In this document: positions 32,251-43,260 of the stretch, piece by piece | Numbering within the stretch: the first letter of the stretch is position 1 | Layout of the letters: every line of letters starts with the position of its first letter | Assembly: GCA_045159875.1 (NCBI GenBank) | Contig: CP067995.1 | Coordinates: 1,920,001-1,984,000, forward strand | Origin: a cyanobacterium endosymbiont of Rhopalodia gibba | GTDB lineage: Bacteria; Cyanobacteriota; Cyanobacteriia; Cyanobacteriales; Microcystaceae | DNA length: 64,000 bases | Direction of reading: 5' to 3' | Program-made: the position numbers and the translations under genes | The notes under the pieces: model-generated | Told to the model about the DNA's origin: nothing | Databases searched by the model: none | Seen by the model: the letters and a program-made list of their open reading frames with translations, nothing else

Positions 32251-33744
32251 TTAGTCTAATTTTACGGCTAAAGCTTTTCTAGCTTGTTCACGATCATCAA
32301 AGTGTATTTTTTCTGTTCCTAGAATTTGATAATTTTCGTGACCTTTTCCAGCAATTAAGACCCCGTCTCCTGATTTTGCTCGTTGAATAGCTTGATTAAT
32401 AGCCTCAGCACGATCGCTAATAACAATGGGGTTCACCGAATCGGAAATCCCCTCTAAAATATCAGCTAAGATTCTCTGGGGCTCTTCAGTTCGGGGGTTA
32501 TCAGAGGTGACAATGCATACGTCTGCTAATTGGCTGGCAATTCGACCCATTAGGGGACGTTTAGTGCGATCACGATCACCGCCACACCCGAAAACACAGA
32601 TCATCCTGCCCCGAATAAAGGGACGGACAGCATTGAGCAAATTTTCTAGACTATCGGGGGTATGAGCATAGTCTACAATAACGCTAATATCCTGTTCATT
32701 ACTAATTTTTACCCGTTCCATTCGTCCTGGTACTCCCGTAAATTTAGGTAATTTAGCAACAATTTTCTCTAAATCTAGCCTAAAATGTAAGACTGTTGCG
32801 ACTGCTGCTAAAAGGTTGGATAGATTGAATTGTCCGACCAAGGGAGAAGTAAAGGAAACAGTTCCCTGAGGCGTATGTAAAGTTCCTGACACTCCCGCTG
32901 CTTCGTAGGTAAGATTGCTCAGATAAAAGTCGGCTGTCTCATCATTGACGCTATAACTCCATACCTGATTAGAATCTAATCCCTCAATTAACCGTTTTCC
33001 ATAGAGATCATCTAGGTTAACAATTGCTCGTTCTGTCAGATATTCTGGGCTGAATAAGAGGCTTTTAGCGAGGAAATAATGTTCCATATCTTTATGAAAG
33101 TCCAGGTGATCTTGGGTTAAATTAGTAAAAACTCCCACCTTAAATTGGCATTCTTTAACCCTTCCTTGGGCTAAGGCGTGGGAACTAACTTCCATAACAC
33201 AATATTGGTTTTGAGCCGCCACTGCTTCGGCCAGTTTTCCTTGCAATTCTGCGGCAAAGGGAGTGGTGTGAGTAGCCGTTTGTTGAAACCCCTGCCAACG
33301 GGTATATAGGGTTCCGAATAAGGCGGTGGGGTGTTGTCCTTGAGTCAAGAAAAATTCAATTAAGTGCGCAGTGGTAGTTTTCCCATTAGTTCCAGTAATT
33401 CCAATCATGTTTAACTGTTGACTTGGATATTTGTAAAATGCCGTGGCTACTTGGGCACAAACTGTTACCATGTCCTCTGCTGTCAGAATACAAACTTTAG
33501 GGGTAGGGGGAAATTGAGCAGCCGCGTGGGGGGTAATAATAGCTGCGATCGCCCCTGCTTCTATTGCACTTTGCCAAAATCGGCCACCATCAACACGGGT
33601 TCCTGGCATTCCGATAAATAAATCCCCTGGTTTACAAGCATGGGAATTAGTACAAATACCTTGAATTTGGCGATCAAGAGAGTTATTAGTATAAAATTTC
33701 TCAAGGATAGAAACTTTTTTCAGTAAATCTCGTATTGTTACCAT
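32251..33744 (-). CDS. murE: UDP-N-acetylmuramoyl-L-alanyl-D-glutamate--2,6-diaminopimelate ligase
   Basis: GITGTNGKTT, MEVSSHAL, DYAHTPD, SDNPR (DAP-specific) and AGKGHE motifs. Confidence 0.97.
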   Translation of the reverse strand: MVTIRDLLKKVSILEKFYTNNSLDRQIQGICTNSHACKPGDLFIGMPGTRVDGGRFWQSAIEAGAIAAIITPHAAAQFPPTPKVCILTAEDMVTVCAQVATAFYKYPSQQLNMIGITGTNGKTTTAHLIEFFLTQGQHPTALFGTLYTRWQGFQQTATHTTPFAAELQGKLAEAVAAQNQYCVMEVSSHALAQGRVKECQFKVGVFTNLTQDHLDFHKDMEHYFLAKSLLFSPEYLTERAIVNLDDLYGKRLIEGLDSNQVWSYSVNDETADFYLSNLTYEAAGVSGTLHTPQGTVSFTSPLVGQFNLSNLLAAVATVLHFRLDLEKIVAKLPKFTGVPGRMERVKISNEQDISVIVDYAHTPDSLENLLNAVRPFIRGRMICVFGCGGDRDRTKRPLMGRIASQLADVCIVTSDNPRTEEPQRILADILEGISDSVNPIVISDRAEAINQAIQRAKSGDGVLIAGKGHENYQILGTEKIHFDDREQARKALAVKLD

Positions 33745-34542
33745 AAAAATTCTTTGGTTGTCATAAATCTAAATTCAGATTTTATAATCTGTTGTGAGTG
33801 ATGTTAGCAGAATTTTCTAATAAGTTCTCTGAAAAAGATAAAATCTAAAAATTAAGTATATCAATAAGTACATATGTTTTAAGGTAGTCGATGAAGATCT
33901 AAAATAATTATTTTATTTCATAAGGAAACCCTTTAGGCAAATCGAGACAAAATTTATTTTCTTTATGTAACATATTGCAAAGTCTTGCTCTAATCCTTAT
34001 AGAGAAGCACCACTTAAGTAAATGTATAGATTAGTGCTTTAATATTCTTTAATTTAAGCTTTAAAACTCATATTTTTTCCTTTTAATTTTGTACTCAGAT
34101 ATTTTTATCTTATCCAAAATTTAAGTGGTCAAAACGGATAATTTTTATTATCTAAACTATAGATAACTAGTCTATCTTAAAAAAATTTTTACAGAATATT
34201 ACTCAGTTAAATAAGCTCAATACAATTCTTATGACCGCTTTTTGTTTAAAAGTTTTAAAGTTATTTATAGCCATCTATAAATCATCAACTTCATTTTGTT
34301 ACTGTACATTACACTCATCTTTTGAAACTAAAATAGAAAATCATTGTGATTTTCCTCTCTTAAAATCTCTTAAAATAAAAAATGGACCATAAAATTGTAT
34401 ATAAAATATCGTCATCTATTTTTCTGATAAAGAAAAGTTTGAATAGAGATTTACAACACTACCCAGCAAAAAAATAGCAAATAGTAATCAATTATCAACA
34501 ATTACATTATTCAATATTCAAGACTATAACGGCTAAACTAAC

Positions 34543-34569
34543 GTAGAGACGCTGTGTACAACGTCTCTA
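34543..34569. repeat. GTAG-type REP-like hairpin GTAGAGACG-ctgtgtacaa-CGTCTCTA downstream of desA
   Basis: Resembles the cyanobacterial GTAGAGACG...CGTCTCTAC small dispersed repeat; could act as a terminator or mRNA stabiliser. Confidence 0.6.
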
Positions 34570-34614
34570 GAGGCACTTTTCTAAATCAGGAAAACTTTTA
34601 GCCGACATCCCCTA

Positions 34615-35691
34615 TTAACTCAGGGAAGAAACATTAGTATTTTTCGATTTGCCGCGGTAATAATTTTTAAAAGATTGGTAATTAGATTCGAAGTCATAGA
34701 GATGGCACTGAGTTGTAATCTCCTGGATTAAAGAATAAGAAAAACGGTATTCACAAAGATAATTTCCCCAATTTTCTTTTAAACTTTGATGAGCTTGCCG
34801 TAAATTATAACTGGGAATTCCGGTAGAAATATGGTGGGGAATATGAACATTGATATCATGACAAAGAATTTCTATCCAACGGGGATAGTCACAATGAACT
34901 GTCCCACTTAATTGAGCCTGGGCCTCATTCCATTGGTCAGCCTTTTTAAAACCAATATTCGGGACTGTATGATGCACTAGGGTAAAGGTGCTCATCCAGA
35001 AATGAAAGACTAACCAAGGTAACAACCAAAATTTAATAAAACCCCAGGCTCCCAGGGTCATTAATAAAATAGGAAAACCAATAACTACACTAGTAATCAC
35101 AACTAACACAGAAAAACGAACTTGCTCTCGTTCTTTTCCCGTAAAAGTTTTCCAGTCAAAGTGAATCTTGGCCCAATGAACAACAGAAGCAAACCACCAA
35201 AATCGTCCTCTGAGTTGACGATAACCCCATTTAGCAAATGTAGAAAAACTTTCATAAGATTCTGTGGTGACGGGATTCCAGGCGTTGTCCACATTAAGCT
35301 TGTTGGTATGTTTATGATGGTAATTATGGAGAATACGCCAACTATGGAAGGGATAGATAATCGGTAAAAAAGCTAAATGTCCTACCCAATCATTAACCCA
35401 AGTACGATTAGAAAAGGAACGATGGCCACAATCATGACCAATTACAAAAAATCCGGTCAAAGCAGTTCCCGTAAATACCCACAAAATAGGCAGTAAATAC
35501 CAAGGAGTGATCGCTAAAGCTCCCATTCCTAAAGCTACCATGAAAATACTTAGAACCACCTTAAACCATGCTTTACGAGGGTCTTTAGTAAATACGTTTG
35601 AGGGAAGGGTCTTGATAATATCCCGTAAACAAACTGTAGGATTAAGTTGTGATAAGGTTTCGTGTTGAGTAGGATTAGTCAGTGTTGTCAT
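34615..35691 (-). CDS. desA: Delta-12 acyl-lipid desaturase
   Basis: His boxes HDCGH, HNYHH and HIPHH; GTALTGFFVIGHDCGHRSF. Confidence 0.92.
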   Translation of the reverse strand: MTTLTNPTQHETLSQLNPTVCLRDIIKTLPSNVFTKDPRKAWFKVVLSIFMVALGMGALAITPWYLLPILWVFTGTALTGFFVIGHDCGHRSFSNRTWVNDWVGHLAFLPIIYPFHSWRILHNYHHKHTNKLNVDNAWNPVTTESYESFSTFAKWGYRQLRGRFWWFASVVHWAKIHFDWKTFTGKEREQVRFSVLVVITSVVIGFPILLMTLGAWGFIKFWLLPWLVFHFWMSTFTLVHHTVPNIGFKKADQWNEAQAQLSGTVHCDYPRWIEILCHDINVHIPHHISTGIPSYNLRQAHQSLKENWGNYLCEYRFSYSLIQEITTQCHLYDFESNYQSFKNYYRGKSKNTNVSSLS

Positions 35692-35945
35692 GAACGATGA
35701 ATAATATTGAAATGGTGAATCCGGAGTAATTAAAAAGCAAAATTAACATGGAGAAACTAATTTATCCCAGTGGGGAAGTAATATATTTCCCTCACGAATA
35801 AAAATTTCTTAGGTTGAGCCTTAATAGTTATATCACAATCTATGAGTCGCCCTATCTTAGTTGACAAACGGTATGGTGTAATGGAATGGTAGATCTCTTG
35901 TGATTTCCTAACCCGTTATTTCAGTGAAACACTGACACACTTTGC

Positions 35946-36629
35946 ATGGAGACTCAATCAATTAGCGAGCTGTTTCCTCTGTTCCATACAGCTAATTCAG
36001 AGACGTTAGAATGGTTTTTATCAGTTGTAGACCAAGAGGACTATCCCCCTGATATTAAAGTTGTGAGGGAGGACGATTGGGGAAAAGCGGTTTACTTTGT
36101 CGTTTCTGGTTGGGTTAAAGTCCGTTCCCATTACCAGGGTTCCGAAATAACTTTAGAAATTCTTGGTCGAGGAGATTTTTTTGGAGAAATGGAGGTCCTC
36201 GAGGAATCTCTTAAGTCGATTGAAGTTATATCTTTATCTGAGTTGCAATTATTGAGTATTTCAGCTCAACGCTTCCTACAAATACTGTTTAAAGATCCTC
36301 AATTACATCATCGAATGTTACAGCTACAAGTTCGGCGGGTTCGTCAACTTTATCGCCGTCTTCAATTGCGCCAGCAGTCTCCTAAAGTTAGGTTAGCTAA
36401 AACCTTAATTAAGTTAGCAGAAACTTACGGTAAGTCTACTGAGAAAGGAACAGAAATTTGGGATTTTCCTGAGCAAGATCTAGCGGACATCGCTGATGTT
36501 TCTTTAGAAGAATTACAGTCAGCAATAACCCAATTACAAAGTCAAGGCTGTCTAGAAATAGACCTAGTTGGTCATAATTTATATTTAAGTAATCTTAAAC
36601 AAATTCACCATTTTTCTCAACAGCTTTAA
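35946..36629 (+). CDS. Crp/Fnr-family transcriptional regulator
   Basis: cNMP domain (VYFVVSGWVKV, GDFFGEM) and C-terminal HTH (QDLADIADVS). Confidence 0.9.
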   Translation: METQSISELFPLFHTANSETLEWFLSVVDQEDYPPDIKVVREDDWGKAVYFVVSGWVKVRSHYQGSEITLEILGRGDFFGEMEVLEESLKSIEVISLSELQLLSISAQRFLQILFKDPQLHHRMLQLQVRRVRQLYRRLQLRQQSPKVRLAKTLIKLAETYGKSTEKGTEIWDFPEQDLADIADVSLEELQSAITQLQSQGCLEIDLVGHNLYLSNLKQIHHFSQQL

Positions 36630-36631
36630 AT

Positions 36632-38410
36632 ATGACTAGAGCAATAAGAACCGATAGCTCAGATATTTCTAAAACTTCTCCGACTATTGCCTACACTGTA
36701 TCCATGCCTCAACCCAATTCCCATATTTTTGAGGTGAAGTTACAAGTTAGCCAATGGCAAGAGTCTATCCTAGAATTAGGAATGCCTGTGTGGACTCCAG
36801 GTTCATATTTAGTTCGGGAATACGCTAAACATATTCAGTATTTTCAAGCATCTTCTAGTCAAGATCAAACAAAATTATCAAGTCAAAAAATTAGTAAAAA
36901 CCATTGGATAATTGAAACAGGCAATGTTAACAACATTACGATAGACTATCAGGTTTATGCCAATGAGCTGACTGTCAGGACAAATCATTTAGATGGAACT
37001 CATGGCTATTTTAATGGAGCCGCTTTATTCTATTTTATTCCAGGGTTAGAGAAACAGTCCATTACTGTACAAATAATTCCCCCAATTGTTCAATGGAAAG
37101 TTAGCACAACCTTGCCTGAAATTCCTGGAGAAATCAATTTATTTCAAGCAAATGATTATGATACTTTAGTGGACAGTCCCTTTGAAATTGGCACCCATAA
37201 CATTTATACTTTTGAAGTATTAGGAAAATCTCATCAGTTAGTCATTTGGGGTCAGGGCAATATTCGACCCATCCCCCTTATTAAGGATATAAAAAAAATC
37301 ATTGAAATAGAAGCCAAATTATATGGAGAACTTCCGTATAATCACTATCTATTCATACTACATCTATCGGGGAGCGACTTCGGGGGATTAGAACATAAAA
37401 GCTCATGTTCTCTAATTTATCCTCGTTTTGGTTTTCGAGCTAAGGATAAATATAATCATTTTATTCAGTTAGTCGCTCATGAATTCTTCCATTTGTGGAA
37501 TGTTAAACGCATTCGACCAAAAGCCTTAGAGACTTTTGATTATGAACGAGAAAATTACACTAAATCTCTCTGGTTTTTAGAAGGGACGACTAGCTATTAT
37601 GATATGATAATGCCCCTAAGGGCGGGAATTTACAATATCGCTAATTTTCTTGAGATTCTAAGCAAGGATATCACCCTATATTTGAACACGCCAGGGCGTA
37701 AAATTCACCCCTTAAGCGAATCAAGTTTTGATGCTTGGATTAAATTGTATCGCAGGAATGCTCATAGTGATAATGTTCAAATTTCCTATTATTTAAAAGG
37801 GGAATTAGTCTCATTACTTCTCGATTTATTGATTCGATCTTGTCATAATAATCAGCGATCACTCGATAATGTTATGAGTCAGATGTGGCAGAAATTTGGC
37901 AAACCAGAAATTGGTTTTACCTCCCAACAACTACAAGATGTGATTGAGTCGGTGGCCGGAATTGAGTTACACAACTTCTTTGCACGTTATCTAGATGCAA
38001 CTGAAGATTTACCTTTTGATGACTATCTAGAACCTTTTGGATTAAAGCTAAAACCTATCCTAGACTCTGAAACTATTCCCTTTCTGGGAATACGAATTAA
38101 ATCGGAAAATAACAAAGAAATTATTAAGTTTGTTGAGTCCGGGTCACCGGCTGAGATGGGAGGAATCGACACAAGCGACGAGTTATTGGCTATTGATGGA
38201 ATTCGCGTTAATTCAAGCCAATTAAGCGATCGTCTAAAAGACTATCAAAGCGGTGATACCATTTCAATTACGGTCTTTCATCAAGATCAACTGAAAACTC
38301 TCAGTGTCATTTTAGCAGATTCCCAACCCAGTCGCTATGAAGTGATTCGTATCGATCATCCATCCAGTAGCCAAAAGCAAAATCTGATGGATTGGCTAGG
38401 AAAAGAATGA
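36632..38410 (+). CDS. M61 family glycyl aminopeptidase with C-terminal PDZ domain
   Basis: MPVWTPGSY, GGLEH, AHEFFHLWNVKRIRP (HEXXH), ISYYLKG, GSPA PDZ motif. Confidence 0.92.
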   Translation: MTRAIRTDSSDISKTSPTIAYTVSMPQPNSHIFEVKLQVSQWQESILELGMPVWTPGSYLVREYAKHIQYFQASSSQDQTKLSSQKISKNHWIIETGNVNNITIDYQVYANELTVRTNHLDGTHGYFNGAALFYFIPGLEKQSITVQIIPPIVQWKVSTTLPEIPGEINLFQANDYDTLVDSPFEIGTHNIYTFEVLGKSHQLVIWGQGNIRPIPLIKDIKKIIEIEAKLYGELPYNHYLFILHLSGSDFGGLEHKSSCSLIYPRFGFRAKDKYNHFIQLVAHEFFHLWNVKRIRPKALETFDYERENYTKSLWFLEGTTSYYDMIMPLRAGIYNIANFLEILSKDITLYLNTPGRKIHPLSESSFDAWIKLYRRNAHSDNVQISYYLKGELVSLLLDLLIRSCHNNQRSLDNVMSQMWQKFGKPEIGFTSQQLQDVIESVAGIELHNFFARYLDATEDLPFDDYLEPFGLKLKPILDSETIPFLGIRIKSENNKEIIKFVESGSPAEMGGIDTSDELLAIDGIRVNSSQLSDRLKDYQSGDTISITVFHQDQLKTLSVILADSQPSRYEVIRIDHPSSSQKQNLMDWLGKE

Positions 38411-38580
38411 GGCCGGGGATTGTTTTTGATTTTATATCAAAATCCTTTTTCTCTGGATTTTTCAATCAGCAAACTATAACCTAATGCCTAGAGAAATAGC
38501 TAATTTATGTTTATAATTAAGGGACATCTTGATTGATAAAATATCTAGGGTATTAGACCCAATAAGTCATAGAACCAGTG

Positions 38581-39492
38581 ATGCATCAATTTCTTCCTAT
38601 TGCTTACTTTCAAAATCAATTTATTCCTTTTGAAAATGCGAACATTTCCATTGCTACTCATGGGTTACATTACGGGACAGCAGCTTTCGGAGGAATGCGA
38701 GGAATTCCTGATCCCGAAAATTCTTCAAAAATCTTGTTATTTCGTTTAGATCGTCACTGTCAACGTTTAAGTCAAAGTGCAAAATTTTTAAATTATGAAT
38801 TGCCAGCACAAAAAATTGAACAGATTATTATTGACTTTGTGAGAAAAAATAAGCCATCAACTTCTTTTTATATTAGACCCTTAGTCTATACTTCAGGATT
38901 GGGAATTGCTCCCAGACTTCATGAAATTGAAAAAGATTTTTTTGTTTATGGCTTAGAAATGGGAGATTATTTATCCTCAGATGGAATCAGTTGTCGTATT
39001 AGTTCTTGGTATCGCCAAGAGGATCGTAGTTTTCCCTTACGGGGTAAGATTAGTGCTGCTTATATTACCTCAGCTTTAGCCAAAACAGAAGCAGTAGAAT
39101 CAGGTTTCGATGAAGCTATTTTAATAAACTCTCAAGGTAAAGTTTGTGAAGCAACAGGAATGAACATTTTTTTTGTAAGAAATAGTCAATTAATTACTCC
39201 TGGACTCGACCAAGATGTACTAGAAGGAATCACCAGAGATAGTGTTTTAAACATAGCTAAAGTCTTAGGAATTGAGACCATTGAAAGACCTGTTGATAAA
39301 TCAGAATTGTTTATTGCTGATGAAGTCTTTTTATGTGGAACCGCCGCGAAAATTATTCCTGTAAAACAAATTGAGACATTTAAGTTATCCGAAGAACGTC
39401 CCATCATGGAAAAATTGCGAAATAGATTATTTGCCATTACAGAAAATAAGGATTCAGAGTATCAAGACTGGGTATATCCTGTTACTATTTAA
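38581..39492 (+). CDS. ilvE: Branched-chain amino acid aminotransferase
   Basis: LHYGTAAFGG, YIRP, EATGMNIF, LEGITRDS and EVFLCGTAA (class IV PLP enzyme). Confidence 0.93.
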   Translation: MHQFLPIAYFQNQFIPFENANISIATHGLHYGTAAFGGMRGIPDPENSSKILLFRLDRHCQRLSQSAKFLNYELPAQKIEQIIIDFVRKNKPSTSFYIRPLVYTSGLGIAPRLHEIEKDFFVYGLEMGDYLSSDGISCRISSWYRQEDRSFPLRGKISAAYITSALAKTEAVESGFDEAILINSQGKVCEATGMNIFFVRNSQLITPGLDQDVLEGITRDSVLNIAKVLGIETIERPVDKSELFIADEVFLCGTAAKIIPVKQIETFKLSEERPIMEKLRNRLFAITENKDSEYQDWVYPVTI

Positions 39493-40037
39493 AATTTATT
39501 AAATTCTAGAAGAAGGGGATTTTTTTAAAAAAAATCTCCAGAAAAAAAGTACCGTTTTCATTTAAGAACGAGTGAGGTTATGATCTTGAAGACTGAAAAA
39601 ATATTGTTCAAGAACTTTTAAAAAAGCTCTATCAATAAAAACTTCAGTCAATTACTTGTTATCAACAGAAGACAAAGTAAAAGTTAGTAAAACTGACTGA
39701 TAAAATTCAGCTTCGTAAGCGTATTCCTGTCAAAACAGTTGACGACCGACTTAAAATATCTTAATATTAAAGATTTGAGATATTGGGGTCTTTAAAAATG
39801 TTTTGTTAACTCTTTTCTTTGACTGATTACTTAATACTTATTGACCTAAAAACTTTCTCTTAAGCTTAAAGTCAAAAGGTGAGCTAATCTTGCTCTCTGT
39901 GCAGTCCTGACTGTTAGCTGTTACAATTTTAGATAATCTTCAATTTTATCGTATTTTAACTTAGATGTTGACAACAACAGTGTTTTTAAGTCTCGTAGAA
40001 CTCACATGTCTTGACTCAAACGCTTTTTTATCTATCT

Positions 40038-41540
40038 CTACCTAATTTTTTGCTGATAAAGAGGGTGCAAATCATGGTTACTAGGATCTTGACCTAAAGG
40101 AAGGAAAATAGTAAACACTTGCTTGTATTGTGATCGTTGACGCACAATCAACTTACCTCCTAGGATATGAAACATATGTTTCGTTACATCTAAATTGAGA
40201 CTTAACCCTCCAGTATTGGGATTAAACATCAATAACTGGCCCAAAGCTTTTAAAGGATTATGAGGAGAAGAAGATTCTGTGCGAAATTGTAATTTCAGTT
40301 GATGTCCAGCAGTGGTAACTTGAACACGGATATTTCCCCCTTCAGAGAAGCTACGGGTAAACTTTTCGATTAACCCCATTAACACCTGATTAAGTATCGC
40401 CGGATCACTGACGACTTGGGGTAATTTTTTGGGAAGCACTATATCAAGAATAATATTGCGTCGTTGAGCTTGTTTTTTCCAACACGGAATACTTTCATTT
40501 AGAACATTTTCTAACGACGTATATACCAGCCTAACTGATTTCTGCTTTTTGGAAGTTATTTTAAGTTCGGTAGCCCTAAAAATCAACTCCATACGATTAA
40601 TTTGTTCCGTACATTCTTGATCAATTCCTTCGAGCAATTTAGTAATTTGGGGAGTTAATCCTTTGTTACGTAACAATAACCGTGTCATAGTGTGAATGGT
40701 AGTTAAAGGTGTGCGGATTTCATGAGTTAATGCCTGGAGTAGGGCTACGTCTGGGGCATTACTGAAAAGTTCTAAGGACGATTTTTCTTTATTCTGAGAT
40801 CTCCAAGGAATTGAGCGATGCTGTCCTGAATGGACGACGGAGATTTCAGGCAAATGGTATAGTAATAATTTACTAAACTTTGTAACTAAACGATAGTCAG
40901 GGTTTGGCGGAGCAAAATATCGAACCAAAGCATCAAACTGAGACAATTGTGGATAATTAGCGGCAAATAGTCGAGATCGTAAAGCCAACCATCCCTGGTT
41001 GATCACTTCTGGTTCAAAGGAAAAATGAAAAGCAGGAAGTCTTTGAGAATCTTCTCCTAAAACTGCAATTAATCCAAAATAGGGAGTCAACACTAAGCAG
41101 AATTGTTCAGTCGCGATAGGATCTTTAGGAAACAAAGGAAGTTCGGCTATTGTTGCTATAGTGCGTGACTCAGTCTTACAAGCAGCCGGAAGTTGAGCTC
41201 GCATCGAGCTCAACTCCTGCCCTGTTTGGGGTGTAAATACCCCTGTTTGGAATTGACAATTGAGGGACTGGTGGCAAAGGATCGTAGTAGGAGCCGATAA
41301 AATTAATCCTCGACAAGTAATATCGTCTGTCCTCGTCTCGTTAACTTGGGACAGTAAGATTTCTTCTAAAGTAGCGATAGCTCCAAACCATTGTCTTTGG
41401 GCTTTTGACTTAGCTCGGTTAATTTTGTCTGGGGTATGATCGATGTTTTTGACAATCGCTGACGACAGACAAGTATTGACCGCCATAGCTTCGTAACGAT
41501 TGATAATGTCACTTAATTTCATCAATAATCCCTTAGACAC
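40038..41540 (-). CDS. hik2: GAF-domain sensor histidine kinase Hik2 (chloroplast sensor kinase homolog)
   Basis: DVALLQALTHEIRTPLTTI, ECTEQINRMELIFRA and the atypical C-terminus LGQLLMFNPNTGGLSLNLDVTK characteristic of Hik2. Confidence 0.82.
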   Translation of the reverse strand: MSKGLLMKLSDIINRYEAMAVNTCLSSAIVKNIDHTPDKINRAKSKAQRQWFGAIATLEEILLSQVNETRTDDITCRGLILSAPTTILCHQSLNCQFQTGVFTPQTGQELSSMRAQLPAACKTESRTIATIAELPLFPKDPIATEQFCLVLTPYFGLIAVLGEDSQRLPAFHFSFEPEVINQGWLALRSRLFAANYPQLSQFDALVRYFAPPNPDYRLVTKFSKLLLYHLPEISVVHSGQHRSIPWRSQNKEKSSLELFSNAPDVALLQALTHEIRTPLTTIHTMTRLLLRNKGLTPQITKLLEGIDQECTEQINRMELIFRATELKITSKKQKSVRLVYTSLENVLNESIPCWKKQAQRRNIILDIVLPKKLPQVVSDPAILNQVLMGLIEKFTRSFSEGGNIRVQVTTAGHQLKLQFRTESSSPHNPLKALGQLLMFNPNTGGLSLNLDVTKHMFHILGGKLIVRQRSQYKQVFTIFLPLGQDPSNHDLHPLYQQKIR

Positions 41541-42479
41541 AACTATCTACTTTCCTAAATATTCAGTATAGTTTACCCTTTGCCTTCACAAGGGTAATTG
41601 TGTTTAGAGGTTAAATGCAGTAGTAGAACCGAACCAATCAGTCGCAATCTCCGACATATGTATAGAACTTTGAATCTCTTAGATTATTGTTTAGACTTTA
41701 ATCTTGATTAAACTTTTCAAATCAACAAGTCACACAAACTTTTATACAGACTGTTTTTTAGTCGTTTTTTAGTAAATTTTAAGTAGAGACAATAGATAAA
41801 TCTTAAAATCTTGTCATAAAAGTACTATGAAGCTTGAAATTTATTAATTATTTAATAATTATTTAACTACACGACCAAAAGCTACGCTAAAGCTAATCGA
41901 TTCGCTTGCCTCTAATAGAGTAAGTGATTAAGTAACTGCTATAGAAAAATTATCTATATAAAAATCTACCTAATTATTTCTAAGTGAAAAAATTGTGGTA
42001 TTGGCTTCTTCCAAGATTTTTATACTGCTTGCTCTTCTAAATTATGTTCGCTAAATTTTTAGTCAGACTGACATCTAGCAAGCACTCTTTTTTAACTACT
42101 TTTATATATTAATTTTATTTAAGCTTCCGTACTTAGTGGACTATTTAACTAAAACTATTCCATATAATTTAGATTTTTCTTAAAAAAGCTTTTAGTAAAA
42201 ATTGTACATTCCAAAGATATCGTCAACCACAATAATCTATTAACTAAGTTCTTCTATTTATTTATAAAAAATTTTTATTTTAGTCTAAAGAAGTTAATAA
42301 GAAAATATTTAATATTCTCTAATTTTCACCAATAAATAATTAATTTATTTTGACTTTAATACTTATTTTTTAGTCTCCCAACCTTCCTTGACGTTATATC
42401 AATATAACATTCTATTCACTAATCAATCTTTAGTAGTCTTTTCTGAACTTAAGATATTTTAACTAGGTAGTGATGTTGC

Positions 42480-43060
42480 GAGGTCTACTATTGTCACGGA
42501 CATTGCTTTAATAATAGTTATAGTTAAAACAATTTCTACAATCTAAAAAAAGAGAATATTTATTTACTCTTAACTACTCCTGAATTTCGACTGTTAAACT
42601 GAGACAACTAAAACTTTTACACCTAGTTTTTATGAACAAGACCAGAGTTTATCTAGCCATAACATAATTCGTCACTTTACCAGAGTAACTAAGGGAGAAA
42701 GAGCTTATGGAGAATGTCCCAATAATCGTCTGTTAGTAGGAGCAATCGCATTAGACTTTGTTGTACCCTTTTACTTTTGAACAATGGACAAATTAAAGGA
42801 GCTTTTCTTCCTTCTGAAACAGAAGTCCTGAAAACATAAATTCGGCCAGGAGATTATGCCATCACGGATGACTTACCGACTCGTGAAACAACAAAATTCA
42901 GAAAACTAATTAAATCTATAGGAGCACAGATCGCATTTTATTTCCTTACTCTCTTGATTTTAATTCCATTGATAACTATCATTCAAAAATCAAAGAATCT
43001 TTGTTAACTCAACAATTCCGGAATTTCTTAGTTCTAAATTCTGCTATTAACAGATTTCTC
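42480..43060 (+). mobile_element. IS630-family transposase relic
   Basis: LVFMNKTRVYLAIT, TKGERAYGECPNNR, LVGAIAL, AITDDLPTRE..KLIKSIGAQI and PYSLDFNSIDNYHSKIKE match the DDE_3 motif order. Stops and frameshifts. Confidence 0.78.
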
Positions 43061-43202
43061 AAATACTTTTTATCCAGAGTTATGAGCATTTTATTATCCC
43101 TTTTTTACAATTGGTTAGTACAAGCCATAACTTCTAAAACTGTCTTTTAAAACTCAACACAGAGAGGTTTAGCATCAGCTGTCACGGCATTTATCTAAAA
43201 GA

Positions 43203-43230
43203 TAGGGGTTTAATTAAATTAAGCCCCCTA
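43203..43230 (-). terminator. Imperfect GC-closed hairpin downstream of the ferritin-like gene
   Basis: TAGGGG-TTTAATTAAATTAAG-CCCCCTA, about 30 nt past the stop. Confidence 0.4.
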
Positions 43231-43260
43231 CTGATTTTTCTCTCAACTAGACGTTAGAAT

